Positions 7,237-15,727 of a stretch of 46,314 nucleotides of DNA are shown here, in pieces. Where the stretch lies: contig JBGMRK010000003.1 in the NCBI GenBank assembly GCA_048061375.1, forward strand, positions 2,524-48,837, written 5' to 3'. The stretch comes from Longimicrobiales bacterium. Its GTDB lineage: Bacteria > Gemmatimonadota > Gemmatimonadetes > Longimicrobiales > Gaopeijiaceae. A program made the translations under genes and the position numbers. The notes below the pieces were generated by a model that saw only the letters and a list, made by a program, of their open reading frames with translations, was not told the origin of the DNA and did no database searches. Position 1 is the first letter of the stretch, and every line of letters starts with the position of its first letter.

Positions 7237-7968
7237 ATGGCGACTCTACCCGAAGCGAAACCTTCGAGCGGAGGTGGACGGGCACAGCAGGTGCGACAGA
7301 TTTTCTCGGAGATCGCGCCACGATACGATCTGCTCAACCACGTGCTCAGCTTGAATATCGATCGCCGCTGGCGTGGAAAAGCCGTGGGCGAGTTGGGATG
7401 GGAAACGCAGCCAGAAGGGAGGTATCTGGACGCATGTGCAGGTACGTTCGACCTGAGCCTTGAACTGGCGCGCCGGCCCGGTTTTGGCGGCCATGTGATG
7501 GCGGCCGACTTTGCCCAGCCGATGCTGGTTCAGGGTCGCGCCAAGTTGGACGGAACTCCCGTGTCGGCGGTGTGCGGAGATACCCTTCAGCTGCCGTTTC
7601 CGGACGCGGTTTTCGATGGAGCTTCGGTAGGGTTCGGCGTCCGGAATCTCGCCGATCTCGAACGGGGCCTTGCTGACATGAAGCGGGTTCTGCGTCCAGG
7701 GGCTCACCTGGTTATTCTCGAATTTACTGTACCGACAAATATAATAATGAAAGCATGTTACATGCTTTACTTCACGCAAATTCTACCTATGGTCGGGCGC
7801 CTCGTGTCGGGACACCCTTGGGCGTACACCTATCTGCCGGAGTCCGTGAAGGAGTTCCCGAGCCCTGACGGTCTGGCGGCCTTGATGCGAGGTGCGGGGT
7901 TCGTCGAGGTGCGCTGGAGGACGCTGAGCGGGGGAATCGCCGCGCTGCACGTCGGCGTGGCGCCGTGA
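7237..7968 (+). CDS. ubiE: demethylmenaquinone/ubiquinone C-methyltransferase
   Basis: Internal ATG at 7237. The protein is UbiE/MenG-like throughout: VRQIFSEIAPRYDLLNHVLSLNIDRRWR, LDACAGT, and the C-terminal YTYLPESVKEFPSPDGL. Confidence 0.9.
   Translation: MATLPEAKPSSGGGRAQQVRQIFSEIAPRYDLLNHVLSLNIDRRWRGKAVGELGWETQPEGRYLDACAGTFDLSLELARRPGFGGHVMAADFAQPMLVQGRAKLDGTPVSAVCGDTLQLPFPDAVFDGASVGFGVRNLADLERGLADMKRVLRPGAHLVILEFTVPTNIIMKACYMLYFTQILPMVGRLVSGHPWAYTYLPESVKEFPSPDGLAALMRGAGFVEVRWRTLSGGIAALHVGVAP
7722..7790 (+). other. AT-rich, rare-codon island inside ubiE
   Basis: Visibly AT-rich against the GC-rich background. It contains a perfect TATAAT at 7740..7745, and its codons include AUA AUA, AAU, AAA, UGU, CUU, CAA, AUU and CUA. 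Confidence 0.6.
7750..7768. repeat. 19-bp perfect palindrome AAAGCATGT-T-ACATGCTTT
   Basis: Read directly from the sequence. The 9-bp arms are exact reverse complements around a single central T. Confidence 0.9.
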
Positions 7969-7977
7969 ACGGTGCGG

Positions 7978-9465
7978 TCAGCCATGGGGTGGAGCCGAAC
8001 GCTCCGCCACCTCGATGACGGTGACCGGACCGAGCTTTTCGAGCCCCGGGTCGAGCCTGTTAGGATCGCCCAAAATGAGGATCACCATCCGAGACGGATC
8101 CACGTTGTCCGTGAACGTACGCCACACGCTCCCCGGGTTCACGGCCTGGATACCGCGCAGGTACCGCGCGAGCCAGTCGAGCGGAAGTCCCTGGCTGGCG
8201 TAGAGCATCTGCCTGGAAACGACCTGGCTGGGATCTTGGAAGTTGAACACGAAGCCATTCGCGATCCGGTCTATCGCGTCCCGGACCTCGATATCGCTCG
8301 GGGCTTTCAGCCTCATTCCCTCCATCACTTCGAGGATCGCACGGATCGCCGCCACGGTACTCTCGGGCTTGGTCTGGGCCATCGCGCCGACGATGCCACG
8401 TGACACTACGGGTGTGGTCCACACGGACGTCGCACTGTACGAGTACCCTTCCTCGGTCCTGACCCTCTGGACGAGCCGGCTGCTGAATCCGCTCGCTCCG
8501 AAAATCGAGTGGCCGATCCGCGAACTGAAATACTCAGGTGAGTCTTCCAGGTGGACGTCACTCGGGTGTCCGACGATGATCGTGCTCTGGTCGAGCTCCT
8601 TGGCGATCAAATAGACGCCGGGCGGTGTGGTGAAGTCGGCCTCGGGCGGGTCGGGCAATTCGCCTGGGCATGACGGCCACCCATCGAGCATCTGATCGAG
8701 CAACGGCTTCACGGCGTCCCAGGAGACATCTCCGGTCACGCCCAGAGTAAGGTTCTCCGGGCAGAAGATCCTGCGATGCACCTCACGCAAGACGGCGGGG
8801 GACATCGCCTCTGGCGTCAGGTCCTCCGGTTCCATCTGCCAGCCAACCGGGTGGTCACCGTACATGAGGTGGTTGAACTGAGAAATCGCGAGCCTTCCGG
8901 GTGTATCAGCCGCTCTGCGCACGTCCTCGAGCTCCTGGCCGCGCCAAACCTCCACCCTAGCCGAGTCGAATCCCGGATTGCGAACCATGTCGGTCCAGAT
9001 CGCGATCGCCTCGGGAAGGTACCGGGCAAGGGTGTTGAGACTCGTGAAGGCGCTCTGGCCCCCACCGCCGAAGGCGGTCTGGACGGCGTAGAACTCCAGC
9101 GCGTGATCCACGGAATCAGGGGAGAGAGACGTGGTTCCGGCGCTACGGATCAGCGATGGCAGGGCCGTGGCCGCGCCAAGGCGGGTGCGTGGGAAATTGG
9201 AGGGGCCACCCTTGAAACGTGCGAACACAGAGACGAGTGGGAGTGTCCGGCTCTCGATGTAGAGGACCTTGACGCCGCGGTCGAGCTCGTAGAGTTCCGG
9301 CTGCGTCGGAGTGAACTCGAGCTTCTCGAAATCGAGGTCGCGCACCGCGCCGAGGCCCACCGCCTGTGCCAGTACTCCTCGGGGCACGAACGGTGCGGCG
9401 ATCAAGATTACGGCCATCAGCCGGCGCCCGAACGACGCGGCATGGTCCCGGCTCGCTCCCCTCAT
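7978..9465 (-). CDS. M16 family peptidase, non-catalytic-type subunit (no HxxEH)
   Basis: 495-aa ORF with an N-terminal signal-like segment and M16/insulinase-like length. No HxxEH motif was found. There is a 4-nt overlap with the upstream M16 gene. Confidence 0.8.
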   Translation of the reverse strand: MRGASRDHAASFGRRLMAVILIAAPFVPRGVLAQAVGLGAVRDLDFEKLEFTPTQPELYELDRGVKVLYIESRTLPLVSVFARFKGGPSNFPRTRLGAATALPSLIRSAGTTSLSPDSVDHALEFYAVQTAFGGGGQSAFTSLNTLARYLPEAIAIWTDMVRNPGFDSARVEVWRGQELEDVRRAADTPGRLAISQFNHLMYGDHPVGWQMEPEDLTPEAMSPAVLREVHRRIFCPENLTLGVTGDVSWDAVKPLLDQMLDGWPSCPGELPDPPEADFTTPPGVYLIAKELDQSTIIVGHPSDVHLEDSPEYFSSRIGHSIFGASGFSSRLVQRVRTEEGYSYSATSVWTTPVVSRGIVGAMAQTKPESTVAAIRAILEVMEGMRLKAPSDIEVRDAIDRIANGFVFNFQDPSQVVSRQMLYASQGLPLDWLARYLRGIQAVNPGSVWRTFTDNVDPSRMVILILGDPNRLDPGLEKLGPVTVIEVAERSAPPHG

Positions 9466-10970
9466 CTGCCTGCCGCCTTGGTCACGAGTGTAGTGACCGT
9501 GCGGTTCCTCCGCGTGAAATAGGTGCGCACCACTCGGGACACGTCAGTCGGGTTCACGGCCTGGAGTCGCCTCGAGAACCGGAAGCTCGCGCGCCAATCC
9601 CCGTATAGGGACGCAGAACCCGCCAGCTGCAATGCGAGTCCGAGGTTGGAAGTCAGGCGTCGGAAATCGCCCGCCTCCACCTGGTTGCGAACCCGCTGAA
9701 GGTCGAGGTCCTCGGGCGGATGGGCGGCGAGGCGATCGAGTTCCTCATAGACCACGGCCTCGACGTCGAGCGTGCTGTGTGGAGCCCGGGGAACGGCGCT
9801 TATCGAAAACAACTGGGCGAATCGTGAGCCCGGGCCCATCGAGGACGTGACCGACGTGGCCAACCGCTCGCGCACGACGAGGCGTTGATAGAGCCGCGAC
9901 GTCCGACCTCCGGTAAGGAGCGACGTGAGCATGACCAGCGCGGGCATGTCGTCGTGTAGGTGGTCCACCACATGCCATCCCATAAGGACGAGCGGCTCGG
10001 CGTCGAATTCGATCTCCGTCCGCCGCTCTCCGCGCTGCTCGGGCTCCCGAGCGAGCACCGGCCTCGGGGCTTCTCCGGCCGGGATCGCGCCGAAGTATTC
10101 TTCCGCCCAGTCGATGACCTGATCCGGGTCCACGTCGCCGACGATGGATACCACCGCGTTGTTCGGCCCGTAATAGCGGCGGTAATAATCGACCACTTGG
10201 CGGCGGGTGAGGCTCTGCACGTCAGACATGTAACCCACCACCGGAACGCCGTAGGGGTGCATTTGGAAGGCGGAGGCCAAATGCGCCTGGGAGGTCATCG
10301 CGAATGGCTGCGTGTCGACGCGCATGCGGCGTTCCTCCAGCACGACGTCCCGCTCGCTGTAGAATTCGCGGAAGACGGGGTTCCTCATGCGGTCCGACTC
10401 CATGACGAACCACAACTCGACCCGGTTGGACGGAAGCTCCACGAAGTAGGTGGTGGATTCGGAATCGGTTGTAGCGTTCAGGCTGCGCGCCCCGGACGTC
10501 GAGAGTATCAGGTCGAACTCATTGGCCACCACGTAGGTGCGAGCTGAGTCTTCGAGTGTCCGGATTCGCCCGTTCAGTTCGCCGATTCGGACCGTGTTGC
10601 GCTCGCCGATGCCTGAGCGGAGCATAAGGATCGTGTCCTGAATCGCATCCATTTCGGCGAAGAGTGCCTGCTCGGCCGGGTAGTTGCGCGTGCCGACGGT
10701 GGTGGTGCCTTTGAAGAGCAGGTGCTCGAGTAGGTGTGCGATGCCGGTCGAGCCCAGAACCTCGTTGACGCCCCCCACCGCGTACTGGACCGCGAACGAC
10801 ACGGTCGGCGCCGCCGTCTGGGGCAGGATGAGGAGACGCATACCGTTGTCGAGCGTGTACTCCACGACGGGCAGGCTCTCCCCCGGCGTCGCTTGTGCAC
10901 TTACTCCCGTCGGCGCTCCGTACGGGCCGGCGAGCAGCACCAACGTCGCGAGCCACCCCGTCAGCGGCAT
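9462..10970 (-). CDS. M16 family zinc peptidase, catalytic-type subunit
   Basis: The internal ATG at 10970 (MPLTGWLATLVLLAGP...) gives a signal peptide. The inverted zinc motif GIAHLLEHLLFKGT (HxxEH) is present. Confidence 0.85.
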   Translation of the reverse strand: MPLTGWLATLVLLAGPYGAPTGVSAQATPGESLPVVEYTLDNGMRLLILPQTAAPTVSFAVQYAVGGVNEVLGSTGIAHLLEHLLFKGTTTVGTRNYPAEQALFAEMDAIQDTILMLRSGIGERNTVRIGELNGRIRTLEDSARTYVVANEFDLILSTSGARSLNATTDSESTTYFVELPSNRVELWFVMESDRMRNPVFREFYSERDVVLEERRMRVDTQPFAMTSQAHLASAFQMHPYGVPVVGYMSDVQSLTRRQVVDYYRRYYGPNNAVVSIVGDVDPDQVIDWAEEYFGAIPAGEAPRPVLAREPEQRGERRTEIEFDAEPLVLMGWHVVDHLHDDMPALVMLTSLLTGGRTSRLYQRLVVRERLATSVTSSMGPGSRFAQLFSISAVPRAPHSTLDVEAVVYEELDRLAAHPPEDLDLQRVRNQVEAGDFRRLTSNLGLALQLAGSASLYGDWRASFRFSRRLQAVNPTDVSRVVRTYFTRRNRTVTTLVTKAAGR

Positions 10971-10981
10971 GCGTGGGCCGC

Positions 10982-11812
10982 TCAAGTCTGGCTTTTCTCC
11001 CACGGCTGGCACCTTGGGCACAAGAAGGCGGATCGGTTTCCGAACACGATCCGCTCGATCCCGGTCCCACAGCGGATGCATGGTTGGCTGACACGACCGT
11101 ATACGCCGAGTCTGCGCGCATTATTTCCACGCTCGCCGGAGGCATCCCGGTAGTTCCTCAAGGTGGTACCTCCGTGTTGGATGGCGCTGAGCAACACGGA
11201 CCGGATGGCGCGGAGCAGCGCATCGCCTTCCTTCCGGGTCAGGGTGTTGGCTGGACGAGCAGGGTGGACGCGAGCTCTCCAAAGGGCCTCGTTCGCGTAG
11301 ATATTGCCTACCCCCGCGACACGGCGCTGGTCCAACAACCACGAGCGGATTGGTGAACGTGAGGCCCGCAGTCGTGCGAACATGTCGCGGCCGGTGAAGC
11401 GAGCATCCAGGGGCTCCGGTCCCATGCTGGCCGACCGCGACACCCACTCGCCTCGTGTGAGAATCTCCACAGCGCCGAAGCGCCTCACGTCGTCGTAGAC
11501 CACCACGCGACCATCGTCCAGCGTGAAGCGCACAGCGGGATGGGTCGATGGCGAGGCCGACGGCAGCGTGAGAAGCCGCCCGGTCATGCCCAGGTTGATC
11601 ACCAGGAACCCCGGCGGATCCAATTCCATTACGATGTTCTTGCCACGCCGGCCGACATGCTGGACGCGGCGGCCGGCAACCTGCTTGCGGAAGCGGGCGG
11701 GGGAGGTGCGGAGGATGTCGGGGCGGAGAACCCGGGCTCTTGCGATGACCGCGCCATCGAGCGCGGGGCGCAGACCGCGGACGATCGTCTCGGCTTCAGG
11801 GAGTTCAGGCAC
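10982..11812 (-). CDS. mutM: formamidopyrimidine-DNA glycosylase
   Basis: A GTG at 11812 gives the N-terminus (M)PELPEAETIV required for the catalytic N-terminal Pro. The C-terminal zinc finger is CIRCGTGIERIVFGNRSAFLCPRCQ. The longer 318-aa ORF is an artefactual extension. Confidence 0.9.
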   Translation of the reverse strand: MPELPEAETIVRGLRPALDGAVIARARVLRPDILRTSPARFRKQVAGRRVQHVGRRGKNIVMELDPPGFLVINLGMTGRLLTLPSASPSTHPAVRFTLDDGRVVVYDDVRRFGAVEILTRGEWVSRSASMGPEPLDARFTGRDMFARLRASRSPIRSWLLDQRRVAGVGNIYANEALWRARVHPARPANTLTRKEGDALLRAIRSVLLSAIQHGGTTLRNYRDASGERGNNARRLGVYGRVSQPCIRCGTGIERIVFGNRSAFLCPRCQPWEKSQT

Positions 11813-13118
11813 CCGCTGCGTGCTCGGCGTCGGGCGCCGGAGAGGATCGGGCCAGTTCTCTCCATCCGATGTCGGCGCGGGAGCGCTTGCCGTCGAACTG
11901 GATGCGGGCCGCAGCAGCCCTACTGCGCTCGCCGGCACTCGCCATCGAGCTGCCCAGCCCCGTGACGGCCAGGACGCGTCCCCCGGATGTGACCAACCCC
12001 TCCTCGGTGCGGCGCGTACCCGCGTGAAAGACCAGCACGTCGGGATCGTCCCGTACGTCGTCCGGGATCGTGATAGGGAGGCCTTTGGGATAACTGTCCG
12101 GATAGCCTTTCGATGCCATCACAGTCGTGAGCGCGCAGGCATCATTCCAACGCAGTGGGCGGTCCGCGAGACTGCCGCCTTCTGCCACCTCCGCCAGCAG
12201 GTCCAGGAGGGAGCTATCGAGCAACGGCAGTACGACCTGCGTTTCCGGGTCGCCGAAACGGCAGTTGAACTCGACGACGCTGGGGCCCTCCTTCGTGAGC
12301 ATGAGGCCGGCGTACAGGAGACCCCGAAATTCGGATCCGTCCTCTGCTAGGGCGGCCAGCGTGGGTCGCAGAATGGCCGAGGTCACCTCCTCGATCAGCT
12401 CCGGAGTGGCGAGCCCTACGGGCGCGTAGGCTCCCATGCCGCCCGTGTTTGGACCCGTGTCGCCCTCGCCGATCCTCTTGTGGTCTTGAGCGGGAACGAG
12501 CACCAGAGCTTCACGCCCGTCGGTCAGAGCGAATACGGAGAGCTCCTCGCCGGTCATGAATTCCTCCACGACGATCTCGCGGCCGGCCTCGCCGAAGGCG
12601 CGGTCCTCCATCATCATGCGCGCACCGTCTAGCGCGTCCTCGACGGTTTCGCACACCAGCGCTCCCTTGCCGGCGGCCAGGCCCGAGGCTTTTACCACCA
12701 CCGGCGCGCCCTGCTCTCGGATGTACTCCTGCGCGGAGGCGAGTTCCTCGAACACAGCGTAGGCCGCCGTTCGCACGCCGGCCTGGGTCATGAGGTCCTT
12801 CGCGTAGACCTTGCTGGACTCGATGCGTGCGGCCGCCTGCGTCGGACCAAAGGCCGGGACGCCCTTCGATCTGAGGCGATCGACGATTCCGGCGGCGAGC
12901 GGGCCTTCGGGACCGACGACGGCCAAGTCGATCTTCCGTGCGGCCGCCCACCCGGTGAGTGCCTCGAGGTCGCCCGGGGCGATCTCCACACCCTTGCACA
13001 ACGGTGCCATGCCGCCGTTGGGCTGCGTGGCAAAGAACTCGGCGTCCGGCCGGTCCTTCGCAAGCTTCCAAAGCAGGGTGTGCTCTCTCCCGCCGTTTCC
13101 GATGATGAGGATTCGCAT
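11805..13118 (-). CDS. purD: phosphoribosylamine--glycine ligase
   Basis: 437 aa, with MRILIIGNGGREHTLLWKL and PurD-like sequence throughout. Its stop overlaps the mutM GTG start by 8 nt. Confidence 0.95.
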   Translation of the reverse strand: MRILIIGNGGREHTLLWKLAKDRPDAEFFATQPNGGMAPLCKGVEIAPGDLEALTGWAAARKIDLAVVGPEGPLAAGIVDRLRSKGVPAFGPTQAAARIESSKVYAKDLMTQAGVRTAAYAVFEELASAQEYIREQGAPVVVKASGLAAGKGALVCETVEDALDGARMMMEDRAFGEAGREIVVEEFMTGEELSVFALTDGREALVLVPAQDHKRIGEGDTGPNTGGMGAYAPVGLATPELIEEVTSAILRPTLAALAEDGSEFRGLLYAGLMLTKEGPSVVEFNCRFGDPETQVVLPLLDSSLLDLLAEVAEGGSLADRPLRWNDACALTTVMASKGYPDSYPKGLPITIPDDVRDDPDVLVFHAGTRRTEEGLVTSGGRVLAVTGLGSSMASAGERSRAAAARIQFDGKRSRADIGWRELARSSPAPDAEHAAGA

Positions 13119-13160
13119 CCGGCCACTGTACGGAACGGCGGACGGGCTGTCAAAGCGGGG

Positions 13161-13200
13161 GGAAAAGCAGCGAGGCGACCGGGTTTCCGGTCGCCTCGCT
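13161..13200 (-). terminator. rho-independent terminator candidate downstream of the M48 gene
   Basis: A perfect 14-bp stem pairs AGCGAGGCGACCGG (13169..13182) with CCGGTCGCCTCGCT (13187..13200). On the minus strand the stem is followed by GCTTTTCC. Confidence 0.6.
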
Positions 13201-13237
13201 GGCTCGCCTCGGGCCCGACGTGGGCCGAAACGGTGGG

Positions 13238-14257
13238 CTACTTCTTCGAGCCCAGGACCTCGTCTGCCATACGCTTCGCGGCGCCGGCCATGTGCCCGAA
13301 GAGATCCTTCGCACCCTGCGCGTAGGCCGCCGTAGCCTCGCGCAAATCGTTTCGGTAGGCCGGATCAGGGTCGGTGCGGCGCTGATACTCTCCGCGGATG
13401 ATGCGGTCGTACTCGCCCTGCTCGATCCACGACCGGATTTCGGCGACCCGAAGCACATGGAACGGATGGGTTGTGCCCATGAGGTTGAGCACCTTGAAGA
13501 CCTGGTCGGCCACGTCTCCAGAGTCCCGGTACTCCTCGGCCTGGATGATGAACTCGTCCAGATCGAGCTCCTCGTCGCCGCCGCCGGAGAGCTTGAGAAT
13601 CGCCCTCATCATGCTGTCCGGGTTCTGGATCGTGAGCAGGCCGGCCCGGTCGCTCGAGAGTTCGCTCTTTCTCGACCACTCCAACAGCGCGACCAGAATC
13701 GCCCTCGCAGCGAGGCCGACGATCGGGAAGCCCATGTTGGCGAGCTTGAGCAGCAGTTCCGTCATCGTCTTGTAGAGAACGTGATCGCTCATGATGTGCC
13801 CGAGCTCGTGTCCCATGATGTAGGACACCTGTTCGTCGTCGAGCAGGCTGACCAGGCCCGAATGCAGGATGATGAACGGCTGATCCATGCCGTACGCTCC
13901 AGCGTTCACGACCGGATTCTGGGAGATGAACAGCGGGTACTCCTCCGGGGCATCCAGCGTCTCGAGCACGTCCATATACAGATCGTGGAGTCGGGGGACC
14001 TGCCGGGGGGACACTCGCACGGCGCTCGCGAGGAACGCGAGCCGGATCGGCTTTTCGCCGAAGAACCCGAAGAGCCTCTTCAACACCTCGTCGAAGACGG
14101 GGATCTTCCGGAGCGCCTGCAGCGCAGCACGGTCCGCGGGGTGTTCCCAGGACCGGGGGGCAATATCGGTGAGGATCCGGCGGGCGCGGGTCGGCTCTTC
14201 TTCGCCGCTCCCGTTCCCATTCTCGCCGCCGTCTACTCCCTCGTTCTCACCTGCCAT
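13238..14257 (-). CDS. M48 family metallopeptidase
   Basis: Contains the HELGHIMSDH (HExxH) motif in a 339-aa ORF. A strong AAGGAG SD lies upstream of the ATG at 14257. Confidence 0.85.
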   Translation of the reverse strand: MAGENEGVDGGENGNGSGEEEPTRARRILTDIAPRSWEHPADRAALQALRKIPVFDEVLKRLFGFFGEKPIRLAFLASAVRVSPRQVPRLHDLYMDVLETLDAPEEYPLFISQNPVVNAGAYGMDQPFIILHSGLVSLLDDEQVSYIMGHELGHIMSDHVLYKTMTELLLKLANMGFPIVGLAARAILVALLEWSRKSELSSDRAGLLTIQNPDSMMRAILKLSGGGDEELDLDEFIIQAEEYRDSGDVADQVFKVLNLMGTTHPFHVLRVAEIRSWIEQGEYDRIIRGEYQRRTDPDPAYRNDLREATAAYAQGAKDLFGHMAGAAKRMADEVLGSKK

Positions 14258-14375
14258 GACCGTCCATCTCCTTGGTATCTAGGGTGGAGCCATGCGGCTC
14301 CCACTCTACCCGGCCGTACGGCCCGCTCGCCGGCGAAGTTTCACCGGGTGCGGGAAGTCGGCCCGGCTCATTGGG

Positions 14376-15539
14376 CTATCCTGCGAGCGCTTGGTCGAGG
14401 TCCTCGAGAAGATCCTGCTGATCCTCGATGCCTACGGATAGGCGGACGAGTCCGTCCGTCACTCCCATCACCAATCGCAAATCCTCAGGTACGGAAGCGT
14501 GCGTCTGGAGCGCCGGTACGCTGATCAACGATTCCACCCCTCCAAGACTTTCCGCGAGCGCGAAGATCCGGGTCCGCTCGACCATCGACCGGGCCTTCGC
14601 CGCGTCTCCGAGTTCGACGGCCACCATGCCGGTGAATCCTGTCATTTGGCGGCTGGCCAGTTCATGCTGCGGGTGCGAGGCGAGTCCAGGGTAGTGCACC
14701 CGCTCCACGGCCGGGTGCTGCTCCAGGAACCGAGCGGCGGCCATGCCGTTCTCGTTGTGCCGTTCCATGCGAAGGTGGAGCGTTTTGGTGCCCCGCAGGC
14801 ACAGCCAGCAATCCATTGGCCCGGGTACGGCACCTGTCGACTTCCTGACGAAATGAATATCCTCGGCCAGCGCGTCGTCGTTCACCACGAGGATGCCGCC
14901 GATGATGTCGGAATGGCCGTTGAGGTACTTGGTAGCCGAGTGGACCGTGACGTCGGCCCCGAGTGCAAGCGGGCGTTGGTTGTAGGGTGAGGCAAAAGTA
15001 TTGTCCACCATCAGGATTGCGCCGCCATCGTGTGCGATGCGTGCCGCCTCCTCGATGTCGCAGATACGCATCATCGGATTGGTGGGTGTCTCGACGTGCA
15101 CCAGCTTCGTGTTCGCCTGCATCGCCTCGGCGATACGGCTCGCGTCACGCGTGTCCACGAATGTGAAGTCGATTCCCATCTTCTGGAGCACCTTCGTGAA
15201 CATGCGGGTGACACCGCCGTACGTGTTTTCTTCACTCACGATGTGATCACCCGCCGAAAGGCGCTTCACGACAGACTCGATGGCTGCGAGGCCCGAGGCG
15301 AATGCGATTCCATGGCAGCCGTCTTCGAGCGCGGCGACGTTCGCCTCGAGCGCCTCGCGGGTCGGATTCTTGACCCGGGCGTAGTCGTAGCCGCGCTTGG
15401 GCTTCGCCAGTTCGGGTTGAACGTAAGTAGAGGTCTGGAAGATCGGAGGCATGATGGCTCCGGTGGTCTCTTCCGGCTCCTGGCCGGCATGGACCGCCAA
15501 GGTTCCAAACTTGCCAGAGTTGTGGTGGAGGATCGCCAT
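14376..15539 (-). CDS. Cys/Met-metabolism PLP-dependent enzyme (cystathionine gamma-synthase/gamma-lyase family)
   Basis: The internal ATG at 15539 gives a family-typical 387 aa. Motifs include FGTLAVHAGQEPE and the PLP-lysine motif HSATKYLNGHSD. Confidence 0.85.
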   Translation of the reverse strand: MAILHHNSGKFGTLAVHAGQEPEETTGAIMPPIFQTSTYVQPELAKPKRGYDYARVKNPTREALEANVAALEDGCHGIAFASGLAAIESVVKRLSAGDHIVSEENTYGGVTRMFTKVLQKMGIDFTFVDTRDASRIAEAMQANTKLVHVETPTNPMMRICDIEEAARIAHDGGAILMVDNTFASPYNQRPLALGADVTVHSATKYLNGHSDIIGGILVVNDDALAEDIHFVRKSTGAVPGPMDCWLCLRGTKTLHLRMERHNENGMAAARFLEQHPAVERVHYPGLASHPQHELASRQMTGFTGMVAVELGDAAKARSMVERTRIFALAESLGGVESLISVPALQTHASVPEDLRLVMGVTDGLVRLSVGIEDQQDLLEDLDQALAG

Positions 15540-15690
15540 GTATTTGTGTAACTCCGGATCTTCGATTTTTACGATGCCCCTCACGAGCATCGGCAAATCT
15601 ACTGTCCGAAGTGTAGTCGCCGCTACCGATATTGACCTTTCCAACCCACTTCGGGTAAGATTTGCGACCCTTCCGGACAGGTTCTTATGG
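15540..15690 (-). promoter_or_regulatory. candidate structured 5' leader of the PLP enzyme gene
   Basis: On the minus strand, CUGUCCG(G)AAG (15670..15680) pairs with CUUCGGACAG (15602..15611). That helix encloses GUCGC/GCGAC and ACCC/GGGU helices. A separate CGAUGC-N8-GCAUCG hairpin lies at 15572..15592. Confidence 0.25.
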
Positions 15691-15727
15691 GCGTGTCCAC
15701 ACCGTTCCTCGTCCAACTCGGACGCCG

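Noticed and set aside
15540-15690. Calling the metB-family leader a SAM-I/SAM-II/SAM-IV riboswitch.
   Set aside because: I could not find the conserved core sequences of those classes by eye. Only a generic structured-leader candidate is reported.
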